Counted from the stretch's first letter, positions 47,482-58,707 are shown. The stretch is DNA of 64,000 bases from Pelagomonas calceolata (GCA_918797485.1 CAKKNE010000003.1:2728001-2792000); one strand, 5' to 3'. Notes: a model not told the origin generated them from the sequence alone. Made by a program: numbers and translations.

Positions 47482-49308
47482 ATGACCTTCTCCGAGGCCG
47501 AGCGCGACCACCAGCGCGCGCGCGAGCTGCGCACCAAGGAAGACGGGTCCCAGCAGAAGCGCGCGAAACGCGCGGCCAAGGCAAAGAAGAAGAGCGACAA
47601 AAAGGCCGCGAAGCGCGCCGCGAAGCGCCTCAAGCGGGACAAGAAGAAGCGGAAGGCGGCGCCCGAACCTCAATCGTCGTCGTCGAGCGCGTCGGAGGAC
47701 GATGAGGATGAGGACGAGGACGCCGCGATCGAGCGCGAGCGCGCGGCGCGGCGCGAGCGCGCGGCGGCGGCCGAGGCGCGCGCCCAGGAGCGGGCCGAGA
47801 ATCCTGCGCCGGCGCCGGCGTACTACACGGTGCTGGACATTGGTTCCGCATCGAAGCCGCAGGACGCCGCGGCCATCGCGGCGGCGGCGCTGCTGCCTCC
47901 GGAAGTTCCGGAGTCGTGCGTCATCCGGCCGCGGTCGCCCTTGCGCGTCGAGGGCCCGGCGGCGCCGCCGGCCCCGGCGTACGAGGGGCCCGCGCGGCCG
48001 CCCGCGGAGGGCCCGGCGCCGCCGCCCCGGCCCGCGGGCCGCGGGCTCGGGGCGACCAAGCCCGCCTGGATGACCCAGGGGACCGCCGCGCCCGCTCCGG
48101 CGCCTGCGCCCGCGCCCGCGGCGGCGAACCCGTTCGCCCCGCCGGCGTCGTACGCAGCTCCGACCGGCGGCCGCGGCCGCGGCGCCACGATGCCCGCCTG
48201 GATGACCCAGGGCACGGCCGCGCCCGCCGCCGCCGCGCCAGCCCCGGCCGCATTTGCTCCGCCAGCGTCGTACGCGCCGGCACGCGCCGCCGCCGCGCCG
48301 GCCCCGGCCGCCTTTGCTCCGCCAGCGTCGTACGCGCCGGCACGCGCCGCCGCCGCGCCGGCGCCCGCCGCACCGGACTACGACGCGGCCATGGCGGCGT
48401 ACGGCGAGGCGATGGCGGCGACGCGCGAGGCGGCCACGCGGCAGCAGCCGCCGCCACAGCAGCAGTACGGCGCGCCCGCGACACAATACAGCGCGCCCCA
48501 ATACGGCGCGCCCGCGCAAGGCCAAGCGCCGCAATACGGCGCGCAGGGCGGCCTGCCGCCGCCCTGGCAGGTCGTCCACGCGCCGGGCCAGCCGCGGCCG
48601 TACTACTACAACCCCGCCACGGGGGTGACGACGTGGGAGCCGCCGCCGCCGCAGCCCTCCTACGCGCCGCCCGCGCAGCCCTACGGCGCCTACGCGCGGC
48701 CCTACGGCGCCCCGCCGGCGCAGTCGTACGGCGCAACACAGGCCGCGGCGGCCGCGGCGCAGCCGTACGCCGCCCCGGCTCCAAACCAGTACGGCGCCGC
48801 GGGGATCCGGCCGTCGCCGACGATGCAGCGCTACGGCGCGGCGGGCATCGCCCAGGCCGCGGCGCCGCGGCCGACCGTCTCGGCGGACAAGATCGCCGCC
48901 GCGCAGGCCGTGGCGGCGCGCTTCGTCCCCGGTTACCGGCCGCCGGGGCAGGCGGCGGCGCGGCCGGCGCCGGCCGCGGGGGCGCCGGGCCGGGGCCGCG
49001 GGGCCACGACGCCCGCCTGGATGACCCAGGGTACCAAGCCGGCCGCGCCGTCGGCGCTCGCCGGCGGCCGGGGCCGCGGCGCCACGATGCCCGCGTGGAT
49101 GACACAGGGCACCGCGACGGCGGCGCCGGCGCCGGCGCCCGCGCAGGTATCCGCCGAGGTGACGGCCGCGACGGACGCGCTCTTCGCGTCCCTTGGAGGG
49201 GAATTTGCGGCATCGGTGGCAGCGCCCGCTTCCGCGGCCGACGACGAGGTGTCGCGCGCGCAGGACGCGGCGCGGCGCATCATGGCCGCGCGGTTCGGGC
49301 AATCGTGA
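47482..49308 (+). CDS. WW-domain Pro/Ala-rich protein with four GRG.GAT.PAWMTQGT repeats
   Basis: WW domain LPPPWQVVHAPGQPRPYYYNPATGVTTWEPP; Lys-rich N-terminus. Confidence 0.8.
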   Translation: MTFSEAERDHQRARELRTKEDGSQQKRAKRAAKAKKKSDKKAAKRAAKRLKRDKKKRKAAPEPQSSSSSASEDDEDEDEDAAIERERAARRERAAAAEARAQERAENPAPAPAYYTVLDIGSASKPQDAAAIAAAALLPPEVPESCVIRPRSPLRVEGPAAPPAPAYEGPARPPAEGPAPPPRPAGRGLGATKPAWMTQGTAAPAPAPAPAPAAANPFAPPASYAAPTGGRGRGATMPAWMTQGTAAPAAAAPAPAAFAPPASYAPARAAAAPAPAAFAPPASYAPARAAAAPAPAAPDYDAAMAAYGEAMAATREAATRQQPPPQQQYGAPATQYSAPQYGAPAQGQAPQYGAQGGLPPPWQVVHAPGQPRPYYYNPATGVTTWEPPPPQPSYAPPAQPYGAYARPYGAPPAQSYGATQAAAAAAQPYAAPAPNQYGAAGIRPSPTMQRYGAAGIAQAAAPRPTVSADKIAAAQAVAARFVPGYRPPGQAAARPAPAAGAPGRGRGATTPAWMTQGTKPAAPSALAGGRGRGATMPAWMTQGTATAAPAPAPAQVSAEVTAATDALFASLGGEFAASVAAPASAADDEVSRAQDAARRIMAARFGQS

Positions 49309-49337
49309 TACTATGTTTTGTGCTAACAATTAACAAC

Positions 49338-50042
49338 CTACATGCTACGTAGCTTCACGACGACGCGCAGCGCGTCCCTCGCCTCGACGACACTTGACAG
49401 GGCCGAGTCGAGGACCTCCGCACCACCCGCAGTCGTCGAGATGACCGCGCCGAGGTCCTGGCTCCGGCTCGAGTACGTCGCCGAGTCGATCGCCGACACC
49501 GCGCGCAGCCACTTCTCGTTCGCCTCGACGTAGCCGTCGAGGTCGCTCGTGAACTCGAGGCCCTTGCGGATCATCCGATCTGCATCCGCGAGGGCCGCGT
49601 TCTGGTCCTCGGCGTTGAGGCGCTCCTGCCGCGCGGCGCCCGGGGCGAGGAGCGGCGCCGACTTGGCGTTGAGCTTGCCGTCGAGGCCCAGGATGCGCCG
49701 CACGGCTTCCGGATCGCGCTTGCAGAGCGTCTTCACGGCGGAGCCCTTGGCGACCGCCGCGTTCTCGCTGGCCTGCTTCAGAAGGGCCGCCTTGTTCTGC
49801 GAGCCCAGGAGGTCTCGGTTCACTTCCGCGTAATTGCAGTTCGTCGTGCGCTCCTTCCAGTTCTGCACTAGATCCTCCAGGTCGAGGAGGCCGCGTCGGA
49901 GGGTGGGGAGGTCGGCGTCGGCGGCGTGGGCGGGCGGCGCTAGCCCTGCGATGCCCGCCGCCGCGCTGGCGCCGATGCGGCGGCGCGTCGTCATCACTAC
50001 GGCATGCGTAGTGCCAATCGCTACCAGCAATGCGGCACGCAT
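49338..50042 (-). CDS. Probable thylakoid-lumen protein
   Basis: Signal peptide followed by a twin-Arg lumen signal TRRRIGASAAAGIAGLAPPAHA; ATG at 50042. Confidence 0.65.
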   Translation of the reverse strand: MRAALLVAIGTTHAVVMTTRRRIGASAAAGIAGLAPPAHAADADLPTLRRGLLDLEDLVQNWKERTTNCNYAEVNRDLLGSQNKAALLKQASENAAVAKGSAVKTLCKRDPEAVRRILGLDGKLNAKSAPLLAPGAARQERLNAEDQNAALADADRMIRKGLEFTSDLDGYVEANEKWLRAVSAIDSATYSSRSQDLGAVISTTAGGAEVLDSALSSVVEARDALRVVVKLRSM

Positions 50043-50528
50043 GGTTGTTGCAGGCTGAGTGGTGGCACTGAGTGGCTGCTGAGAGCTGCACTGTATGGCG
50101 CCGGATGATCCGTAGCTCTTCGTGCCGTGCAAGAACGAGTTCCGGTAAGCCCTTTTATCGTCGTAATGATTGTGCAACACGATTAATTGGCTACCACGGA
50201 GCCGCAAACTCAGCCGACTGATCAGCTAGCGTGCAGTCTTACTAGCGTATCGACAGCTCCCGACGTATAATCGCGTCATAGGTCCACTGAGGTGCGATAA
50301 TCACGTCATTGGTCCTCTGAGGAGGAGAAAGCACGCTACGCCGTCGACGCGAGGACGCGCGCCCGACGGACGCGAGGGCGAGGCCCCCGCCCCACGCCGT
50401 CGACGCGAGCCCCACCCAAGGAAAGCAAGCAACTGTCACGGATGACTACACGGCGAATCTAAAAGGGGGTGCGCGGCGCCCCTGCGCACGGACCCCGACG
50501 GGCGGCCCACATGTTTTGACATGCGAAC

Positions 50529-51260
50529 CTAGTTGAAGAGCGAGAAGTCGCCCGAGAACGGGATCATGACGTTGCCCGCGTACTCGGGGATCTCGTTCGG
50601 CAAGACCGGGACGGAGCCCGGCACGCGCGCCTCGCTGATGAGCGAGAAGATGCCGAGCATCGCGAGCCGGCCGTTGTTGATCTCCTTGACGAGGCCCGCC
50701 TTCTTGGCCTCGGGCGTCATGCGCGCCATGAAGTTGAAGGGGTCCCAGAGGTTGAGCAGGATCTCGGGCCGCGCGCCCTTGATCGGCGGGTAGTAGCCCG
50801 GCACGCCGCCCTTCGTGTAGTGCTGCGGCAGGAGCTCGCCGTACGACTCGAGCATGCCGACGAACGTGATGATCTGGACCTTGCCGATGAGCGGGATCGC
50901 GTCCCACTGCTCCGGCGGCGTGAGCCCGGGCTCGTAGCCCCGGTAGGGGAGGTTGTTGTGCGGGCCGGAGATGAAGTCCGTCGACTGGGCCCAGTAGCCC
51001 AAGAAGCCGGCCATGGCCACGCGGCCGTGCTTGATCTCCGCGTGGCGGAGGTAGCCGATCGTGCCCTCCTGGCCGAGCTTCCAGAAGTCGAAGTTCAGGC
51101 AGCCGAGCGGGTCCCAGAAGCCGACGGCGGGGTTGCACTGCTTCGCGAGCGCCTCGAGGTCCGCCTTCGTCTCGGACATCTGCACGCCGGCGGCCGGCGC
51201 CGCCGGCGCGACGAACGCGGCGGCGGCCGGGAGGCACGCGAGGGCGACCGCGAGCTTCAT
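50529..51260 (-). CDS. Light-harvesting complex (fucoxanthin chlorophyll a/c-binding) protein
   Basis: AAAFVAP leader; GFWDPLG, LRHAEIKHGRVAMAG, KEINNGRLAMLG. Confidence 0.96.
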   Translation of the reverse strand: MKLAVALACLPAAAAFVAPAAPAAGVQMSETKADLEALAKQCNPAVGFWDPLGCLNFDFWKLGQEGTIGYLRHAEIKHGRVAMAGFLGYWAQSTDFISGPHNNLPYRGYEPGLTPPEQWDAIPLIGKVQIITFVGMLESYGELLPQHYTKGGVPGYYPPIKGARPEILLNLWDPFNFMARMTPEAKKAGLVKEINNGRLAMLGIFSLISEARVPGSVPVLPNEIPEYAGNVMIPFSGDFSLFN

Positions 51261-52327
51261 CGTCGTCGTCGAAAACTGTGTGTTTAACGCGGTTGAGCGC
51301 TCGTTCTCTCGCCGCGGCGCTCTTCTCTCTCTGCGGCGACGCGATCTACCCGTCTGCCGTGTGTGTGTCGGGCAAAAATACCTCCGCGGCGGGTGCCGAC
51401 CGCGCGTCGACGGCGCAGCGGCGCTCGCCACCATCGACGGGTCAATCGGCGCCGTCCGGGCTCAGTTTTCTCTGAGCACGGCACCAGCGACGCGACGCGC
51501 GCCGCCGTGCGCACCGCTGACCACGCGTGGCTTCCGCCGGTGCAATCTGCTGGCTAGCGCGTCGCATGACGCCGCTAGGTAGCGATGTGCAGCGTGGCAA
51601 GCTCGGCAGCTGTAGGCCGCCGCGGGCGCATTTTTTTGCCAAAAAGCGCAGCGTTGTGGCTCGGTAGTGACCTCTCCGGCTCTGAGTACCCTCTACTACA
51701 CGGTTTGGACGCAGCAGACGGACGTAGCTTGCAATTGGAGCTTCGAGCCCACCAAGATGTGCTACGAGACCGCCTACAAGTAACGCAATTCCAGGGCCGT
51801 AGAGCCCGTCCTGAGGGCCATTTGGCGCGTATGGACGGCCTGCGGGTAAGCTTACAAGATTTAGCTAGCTACATAAACGTACTAGCAGCCCAGCAGCGTC
51901 GCGCAAGCTGGTCGACCGATTGCCGTGCTGCACGGTCGTCCAGCGCACGGAGACCGTAGACTAATGGTGCGCGGCCCGGGCCGCGCGCTCCGCGCCCGCC
52001 AGCGCCTGCCGGGCCATAACCAGGGGTGCCTCTGCTGCGCGCCGCCGCAGAGCCGCAGCGCGTGGCGCTTCGACCCCGACGCCTTGAAAAAGAGTGGCGA
52101 CGACGACGACGACGGCACCTAGCAGGCCGTGCGCGTGCGGCGTCCACGCATTCATGAACATATCGCGTCGGCTGACGAGACGACCAACTAAAAAAAAAAG
52201 ATAGGAATAGCCGTCCGAGGCCAAAAGGGCGCTGCCGACGCGCGGACCGACCGACGACGCTCGAACCGCTCGATTTTTTGCCGCTCCGAGGTGTTTTTTT
52301 GCGCGCACGGTCCCGCGCCCGCAGGCC

Positions 52328-53113
52328 ATGTCACTTTTGGATGCAACGTCTCGGCATCCGCCCATCGACGTGTTGAGGGCCGCGTCGGCGGCCGAGATGA
52401 CGCCGCAGGAGATTGAATTAGTGAAAACTTGGCTCGCGGCCGCGACGAACGTCCACCACCTAACCGAGGTGCTTGAATGTCTCTCGTATACGATATCCAC
52501 GGCCAAGGTCGATCTCGCGCGTCTGGCGCTCGCGCGGGGCGCAGACCCGAACGTCCGCGATGGCAACGGAAACACCACGTTGCACAGCGCCGTGTTCTGC
52601 AACACCATTGCAACGCCGGCCTTCGTCGCGGTCCTCCTCGGCGCGGGCGCCGATGTGAACCAGCGGACGCGAGAGGGCACGTTGTCGCTCGGCTTCGCGA
52701 TCACAGGACTTATGTGGTGCGTCGACGACGAGCGCCGGCGGGCAAAGTTGGAGCTAGCGACGGTGCTGCTGCGCGCCGGCTCTGGTGTCGACGTCCAGTG
52801 CGCAGTGTCCTGGGCGGGGGAAAAGGCCGAGTCGGCCGAGGAGTACATAGCGCGTTGGGAGCGCCAGAGCGAACACCCGTTTCAGGGGTGCTCAATACGC
52901 GACGAACCGTTCCGCGTGCTCAAGGCCCTTATCCGCGGCGTCAGCGCCGCCGGCAGCTGGCGCGCCTACGAGCGCCGCTTCCACCGCCGGACGCTGCCGA
53001 GGTTCCGGTGCCTCGTGGTCCGCGGCCGCGCGACGAGTTCAGACGCGCTCCTCGGCGCGCTCGCGCACCTCCCACACCGACCCTTCCGCGCCGTGCTCGC
53101 GTTCGGGCCCTAG
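52328..53113 (+). CDS. Ankyrin-repeat protein
   Basis: LARGADPNVRDGNGNTTLHSA and LLGAGADVNQRTREG; C-terminal AAGSWRAY...LVVRGRA...LP...VLAF tail. Confidence 0.8.
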   Translation: MSLLDATSRHPPIDVLRAASAAEMTPQEIELVKTWLAAATNVHHLTEVLECLSYTISTAKVDLARLALARGADPNVRDGNGNTTLHSAVFCNTIATPAFVAVLLGAGADVNQRTREGTLSLGFAITGLMWCVDDERRRAKLELATVLLRAGSGVDVQCAVSWAGEKAESAEEYIARWERQSEHPFQGCSIRDEPFRVLKALIRGVSAAGSWRAYERRFHRRTLPRFRCLVVRGRATSSDALLGALAHLPHRPFRAVLAFGP

Positions 53114-53141
53114 TTTAAGAGATAAGTAGTACCACAAGTTA

Positions 53142-53822
53142 TCACACGTCGACGACGCCCTCCTCCTTTTGCTGAGGCACGGGCTCGATCGGAGCGATGT
53201 TCGCTTCTTGAGCTTTACGAACCCGCTCGGCGCGCGCGGCCGTCTGCTGGGACACCTCCTTCGCCGCTTCGAACTCGAACTCCTCGATGCCAAAAAAGGC
53301 GATCGCGCACGGCTCGTGGAAGAGCGTCGGGAAGGTACCGAATAAATTCCTCAAATATTGGTCCAAGGCCACCCGTCGGTTGCGCACGAAGTCGCTATTG
53401 ACGTCCGTGGCGTCGAACTTGTACCAGCTGTCTCGAAAGGTCTGTTTCTCGGGGAACGGCGGGGCCTGCAACCGGTCCACCAGATTATGTGAGAGTAGGA
53501 CGGCGTGGAACTCCTCCAACTCGGAATAGCGCTTGCCCACCGTTTTTAACTGGGAGCCTCGCTTCAGCGCCACGACGAACTCGACGTGGACCTTATCACC
53601 GAAGCCCGCAACGAAGCCCGGCTCCTTTTTCGCCACGGCATCAATCACTTCGATGCTAATGGGCGTCTCTACCACCTCCTCATCATTGTTTGCGGCGTCC
53701 TGCAGTAGTTCTCTATTGAAAGCTTCCGCACCACCATCACAAGTGACATCCGCAAATTTCTCGGCGTGGGCCATGACGTGGCAATATAAAGAATTCATTT
53801 CTTCCGGTTGCCAGGCGGCCAT
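53142..53822 (-). CDS. PX (phox) domain protein
   Basis: KRYSELEEFH..L, PPFPEK, FVRNRRVALDQYLRNL, AFF. Confidence 0.85.
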   Translation of the reverse strand: MAAWQPEEMNSLYCHVMAHAEKFADVTCDGGAEAFNRELLQDAANNDEEVVETPISIEVIDAVAKKEPGFVAGFGDKVHVEFVVALKRGSQLKTVGKRYSELEEFHAVLLSHNLVDRLQAPPFPEKQTFRDSWYKFDATDVNSDFVRNRRVALDQYLRNLFGTFPTLFHEPCAIAFFGIEEFEFEAAKEVSQQTAARAERVRKAQEANIAPIEPVPQQKEEGVVDV

Positions 53823-55855
53823 CGCTTTTTGTGTTTTGCGGCGCGCGGCCTGCTTTGGGAGCGCTGTCCTTTTTAGGTGGGTTGGGCGCCTCGCCTGTGA
53901 GGCCGCGTCGGCTGGCGGTTTTGGAGGAGCGTTTGGTCACTCTCAGCAACCGCGTGGCTGCGTAACTGCGCTATGCGCGCTGCTACGCGCTGAAATTGAG
54001 AGTATACTGGGATGCTCAGCAGCATCGGACACCCGGCGCCCCGTCCGATAGAAAAGTCCGTCGGCGGTTCGCCTCACGGCTCGTCCGATAGGTAGATACA
54101 TACTTGGTTCTAGTGGGCTGCGTCCTAGTATGTCCATACGCTAGCTCACTAGGTCTTGCGGCTCGCCAATTTACACCAGCGATTGACGGCGCCTTCTAGC
54201 GTCCAAATAGTACATCATATCAACTCCAGCCCAGTTTTCATACACATCCGACGGAACCGGAGCCGACGGCCCGCGCTCGGAGGGCGGGAAAAGAATTCTA
54301 CTAGACAACTCTCGCGTTTATGTTCGTTTCCTTCCGTTTGTTAGTGGTACAGTCCATCTAGGCCGAATCAGTGCCCACTGAGCTACTTTAGATAACCCGT
54401 TAGGGCCGCGCGAATCGGCATTTCCGCGCCTCGCGTTTTATGCAAAAATACCGTCAGAACCTGAATCTGCGAGTATCAGCGACGACACCATCCAGATGGA
54501 CCATAACGCCGTTGTTCTATTCACAATCGACCGACTTGCCCGTTCTCCGCGGACGACAGTGCGCACGCGGGGCACTGAATTGGCCCCAGACCGGTGGTTT
54601 ATAAAATAAATTCGCGTTTCAGGCGCTTTAGTAGTGGGACGGGCGAGATAACCGGCCTGAGCGTGTACTACATTGCTCCGAGACCCAAATATGCTGGGCG
54701 CGGCTCGGCCATCCCGCGAGCCCACGATCTTGCTTTAAACGGCTTAATACTTGGACCTGCGACCATCAGCCCGTGTACCATCACCATGGACCTTGACGCG
54801 ATCATTTGTTTCATGATCGACCGACTTATGCGAGCTCCAGATAAAGATGTTCACGTCCCGAGCGTGGGCAGCAAAAAGTACCCTTCTTATAATGTAGATG
54901 GCATATACTCGTAATTGACTATCGTTGGGGTAGTATGGGGTCCAACGAGACCGCTACGGCGACTACTGGGGGGCCTCGGGTAATTGACGTTTTTACCGGG
55001 AACGAGGCACCAACGGGTCCAAATTACACACTTTTTTCGGGGGCAGATCGGCTCCTGGAGGCCTCTCGGGGTAGGTCTGGTAGTGGGTAAGCGCCTGCAC
55101 CGCTTACGCCATCGATGCAGCAGCCTAGAGGTCTCGGAACCTAGACCTGCCCTAAACTTGCTAAAGCTCCTTTGTCTGCTGAGAGAATTGGCCAAAATAT
55201 GCTGTAAGCGGCGGCGTGTGCGGTGTAGGCGCTTGCACGCGACCACTGCCGACCCAAAGCGAACCCCGGGAGGCCTCCGCGCCGCAAATCGACAGGATTC
55301 CATCGGCGCGGCCGTCATGGCGGGACCGTCAATATCGCGAATTAAAAAAAAATATTTTTTTCGCCCCCCAGTAAGTGTCCCATTGATCTCTTTGGACCAG
55401 TATCGAACCGAACGGTACTCGAAAGGCTGCATGTCGCGTCTCGTGAGCAAAGTAACTGGACGGGTTTCGCGTCACGGGGGCCAGAAGACTCCCGGGTCCG
55501 ATAGAGGGCATTCGTACTTTCTAAGTCCGTTCCCAACTTCATCCGTAGTTCTCATTTCCGGCGGTCCGACGCTGCGGGGTCCGATGCTGCTGAGCATCCC
55601 AGTAGCGCTTATTGCTAGTGTCTTTACGACGCTAGGGGGCAAATTTGCCCTTGGCTACGAGCAGCTCGTCAACTCGCAGCCAAACGGCAGTGCCACGCCC
55701 GGCACAGTCGCACGACTCGCCATTCCTGCCGGTGCGTCGCTTAGAACGCAATCTAAAGCTGCACTCGCTGCAAAAGCTAGGTTGCAGCTCGGCACCGCAG
55801 AGCAAAACTGGCGCGGCTCGCCGGTCTTGCGAGCGTCGCCGCCGCCGCCGCGGCC

Positions 55856-56485
55856 ATGTCCACCGCGCCGGTCTGGGACGCGAAGAACGGCGTCTACGTC
55901 GGCAACCGCGCGGCCGGGTCCGACGACGTGCCGTCGCCGCTCTGGATCTTCGGCTACGGGTCCCTGTGCTGGAAGACGGAGTTCCCGCACGTCGAAAAAT
56001 GCACGGGCCGCGTCCGGGGCCTGACGCGCTACTTCGCGCAGCGGTCGCAGGACCACCGGGGCACGCCGGCCGCGCCGGGCCTCGTGGCCACGGTCGTGCG
56101 CGACGAGGACCTGGTGAAGCTCGCATTACAAGACGAGGGCTACACCGGTTCGTGTGTGGGCACGGCTTATAGGGTTGCGGACGCGGACGCGCGGCAGGTG
56201 TTGGACGACCTCGACTTCCGAGAAAAGGGCGGGTATACGAGGGAGGTCGTAAGTGTCGTTCACGCGGGCGGCACGCTCGACGCCTTGTTATATCGCGGCA
56301 CGGTGGACAACCCGAACTTCGACGCGAGCGCGATCAAAGATCTGGACGCGGCCGCTCTTACAATAAAAGACGCCGTGGGCCCGTCGGGGCCGAACCGCGA
56401 CTACCTCCTCAACCTCGCGACCTGGCTTAGCGAAGTGGGAGAAGAGGACGCGCACGTCGCGGCCCTAGTCGATCGGATAAGTTAG
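55856..56485 (+). CDS. chaC: ChaC-family glutathione-specific gamma-glutamylcyclotransferase
   Basis: LWIFGYGSLCWK, QRSQDHRGTP..PGLV, LDFREKGGY, GPSGPNRDYL. Confidence 0.95.
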   Translation: MSTAPVWDAKNGVYVGNRAAGSDDVPSPLWIFGYGSLCWKTEFPHVEKCTGRVRGLTRYFAQRSQDHRGTPAAPGLVATVVRDEDLVKLALQDEGYTGSCVGTAYRVADADARQVLDDLDFREKGGYTREVVSVVHAGGTLDALLYRGTVDNPNFDASAIKDLDAAALTIKDAVGPSGPNRDYLLNLATWLSEVGEEDAHVAALVDRIS

Positions 56486-56492
56486 AGTCTAA

Positions 56493-57182
56493 CTAGTGGG
56501 CGAAGAGGTTGGCGAACGTCTTGGGCGACACCACTTTCGGAGAGGCGAGGCGGCGGTCCTCGGTGTTCGAGAAGGGGAACGTGCCACGAGACGACAGCTT
56601 GCGCGGCGACGTCGACCACACGCTTACTGTGGACGAATCGGAGAGAGGCGACGCGCAGCCCGGGCGGACGTGGGTCGTCCTACCGACGGTGTAGGGCGTG
56701 CCGGGCCGCGGCTCGTCCGGCAGGAACTCGGCCTCGGCGACCTCGCAGCCCTCGAGCAGGTCGAGGCATCTGTTATATTCGCGCTTGTAGCGTTTCAGCG
56801 ACTTCAGGGCCTCCTGGCGCTTCACCTTGTCGCGCCGCGGTGCTTTCTCCAGACTCTCGATGCGCTTCCGGAGCGCGTGGGCCCGTAATTCGATCGCACA
56901 CGGACCCTCCGTGCCCGGGGCGTTCGGGCGGAGGTGCTCGCCCGGCGACGGCGTCACTGGTCTCATTGATCGATTGCGGCACCAGGCGTACTCCTGGTTG
57001 TGGCCGAGGGGCAGCAGGCAGGGCCGCGGCGCCGCGGCCCGCGGCAGCGTGCGGCTGACGGGCGCGCCCGTGCGCGTCGGCCGGAAGGTCGGGGACCAGG
57101 CCGGTGGTAGGACGCCCTTCTTGCGGTTCGTCTTCTGTCTTACCCGGATGTAGACGGGGGCGGGGCCGGCTGCTTGGACCAT
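56493..57182 (-). CDS. Basic hypothetical protein with coiled coil
   Basis: AAACC-ATG start; 229 aa; stop 7 nt from the chaC stop. Confidence 0.6.
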   Translation of the reverse strand: MVQAAGPAPVYIRVRQKTNRKKGVLPPAWSPTFRPTRTGAPVSRTLPRAAAPRPCLLPLGHNQEYAWCRNRSMRPVTPSPGEHLRPNAPGTEGPCAIELRAHALRKRIESLEKAPRRDKVKRQEALKSLKRYKREYNRCLDLLEGCEVAEAEFLPDEPRPGTPYTVGRTTHVRPGCASPLSDSSTVSVWSTSPRKLSSRGTFPFSNTEDRRLASPKVVSPKTFANLFAH

Positions 57183-57550
57183 GGTTTGATCGAGAGTATC
57201 GCCTCCGATGGACTGGGATTCCAGTGACTGGGACTAGTTGTTGTCTGGGCTGCCCGCGGACTGCCCCTGGGGTTGCGGGTTGCTGCTTCTCCCTGGGTCC
57301 ACAGGAGCCGATTTGTGCCGCTCCCAGCGTCTCCCAAATTGCATGCCCAGTTTGGCTCTCCCCCGCACGTTCAAAATCGCGAGTGCGGGAGCCGCCCGGC
57401 GAGGCTCTCGAGGGGTCGGACCGCGTCCAGGAGAAGCGTGCTGAGCGGGCGCTGAACACAATTTGGGCGCGAGGCCGAGGCTGGACAAGCTTTGGAGGGT
57501 GGTGGACGGTGCGAGGAGCCATCGGGCTGCCCAAAGAGGGAGCAAGAAGT

Positions 57551-58684
57551 ATGATCCTCACGCAGTGCGCCGTCTGCGCCACCGAGCTTGGCTTGTCATT
57601 GGGCAAGAAATGCGGCCGCTGCAGCACACGCTACTGCGGGCCCGAATGCCAGAAACAGCACTGGGAAGGGGGCGGCCACGACAAGCTCTGCAAAAAGATT
57701 AAGCGAGCCGGTGGGGCTGAACAGTATTATGCCGATACGAAATACTCAGAGGCCGTAACGGTCGCAGCGGAGGCGTGCGCGGACGACACGAAGGGCCAGA
57801 CGTGCTTCATCTGCACGCAGGCCCTCCATTGGAAGACGAAGGAGGGCCTCGTGCGCGGGTGTTCGTGCCGCGGGACGGCGGGGTTCGCGCATGTGGCGTG
57901 TCTGGCGGAGCAGGCCAAGATTTTGTGCGACGAGGCCGAGGAGAACAATTTGGACATGAAGGTGTTTAATGAGCGGTGGCGGCGGTGGCACACGTGTGGC
58001 CTGTGCGAGCAAGAGTACCACGGCGTCGTGTGCTGTGCGCTCGGGTGGGCGTGCTGGAAGACGTACGTGGGTCGGCCCGAGACGGATCAGCCTCGGCTCG
58101 CAGCGATGACGCAGCTTGGGAATGGTTTATCCGCTGTAGGACGCCACGAGGACGCATTGTCCGCGAGAGAGGCCGAATTGTCTATGAAGCGGCGCGTTGG
58201 CGCACCAGAACACCAAGTGCTCATCGCGCAGGGCAATCTTGCGTGCACGTATGACGACCTCGGACGGGTTGCAGAGGTCCTGTCCCTGCGACAAGAGGTA
58301 TACTCTGGAACTTTGAAGCTCCATGGCGAGGAACATTATGACACCCTCCGAGAAGCCTACAATTACGCGTCGTCCCTTATGATTCTAAGTCGCTTCGAAG
58401 AAGCCAAGTCGCTGCTGCGCAAAATGATACCTGTGGCGCGACGCTTCCTCGGAGAAAGCCATGATCTCACGCTCCATATGAACAAAGTTTACGCGGTGGC
58501 GCTCTTCGAAGACGACGGATCGACGCTCGAAGATCTCCGCGAGGCCGTGGCGACACTCGAGGACGCGACACAGACCGCGCGACGCGTGTTCGGCGCGGCG
58601 CATCCGCTTGTAGTGACTTTCGATTGTGCCCTAGAAGCATCGCGAGCCACGCTCCGCGCCCGCGAGACGCCGTCGGGCAAGTAG
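57551..58684 (+). CDS. MYND zinc finger + RING-CH (RINGv)-like + TPR-repeat protein
   Basis: CAVC...CGRC.TRYCGPECQKQHW...HDKLC; CFIC...GCSCRGTAGFAHVACL...WHTCGLC; KLC-type TPRs. Confidence 0.85.
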   Translation: MILTQCAVCATELGLSLGKKCGRCSTRYCGPECQKQHWEGGGHDKLCKKIKRAGGAEQYYADTKYSEAVTVAAEACADDTKGQTCFICTQALHWKTKEGLVRGCSCRGTAGFAHVACLAEQAKILCDEAEENNLDMKVFNERWRRWHTCGLCEQEYHGVVCCALGWACWKTYVGRPETDQPRLAAMTQLGNGLSAVGRHEDALSAREAELSMKRRVGAPEHQVLIAQGNLACTYDDLGRVAEVLSLRQEVYSGTLKLHGEEHYDTLREAYNYASSLMILSRFEEAKSLLRKMIPVARRFLGESHDLTLHMNKVYAVALFEDDGSTLEDLREAVATLEDATQTARRVFGAAHPLVVTFDCALEASRATLRARETPSGK

Positions 58685-58707
58685 AAAATAAATACCTAAC
58701 ACATGAC

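Noticed and set aside
47296..49352. Long Arg-rich ORFs (677, 478 and 430 aa) overlapping the WW gene, and similar ones at 17373-19133
   Set aside because: Stop-poor alternative frames expected at very high GC; no recognisable domains.
54438..56024. ORFs 54594..54914, 54887..55450 and 54984..56024
   Set aside because: No coding-like codon bias or motifs; the last crosses the promoter motif and overlaps chaC out of frame.
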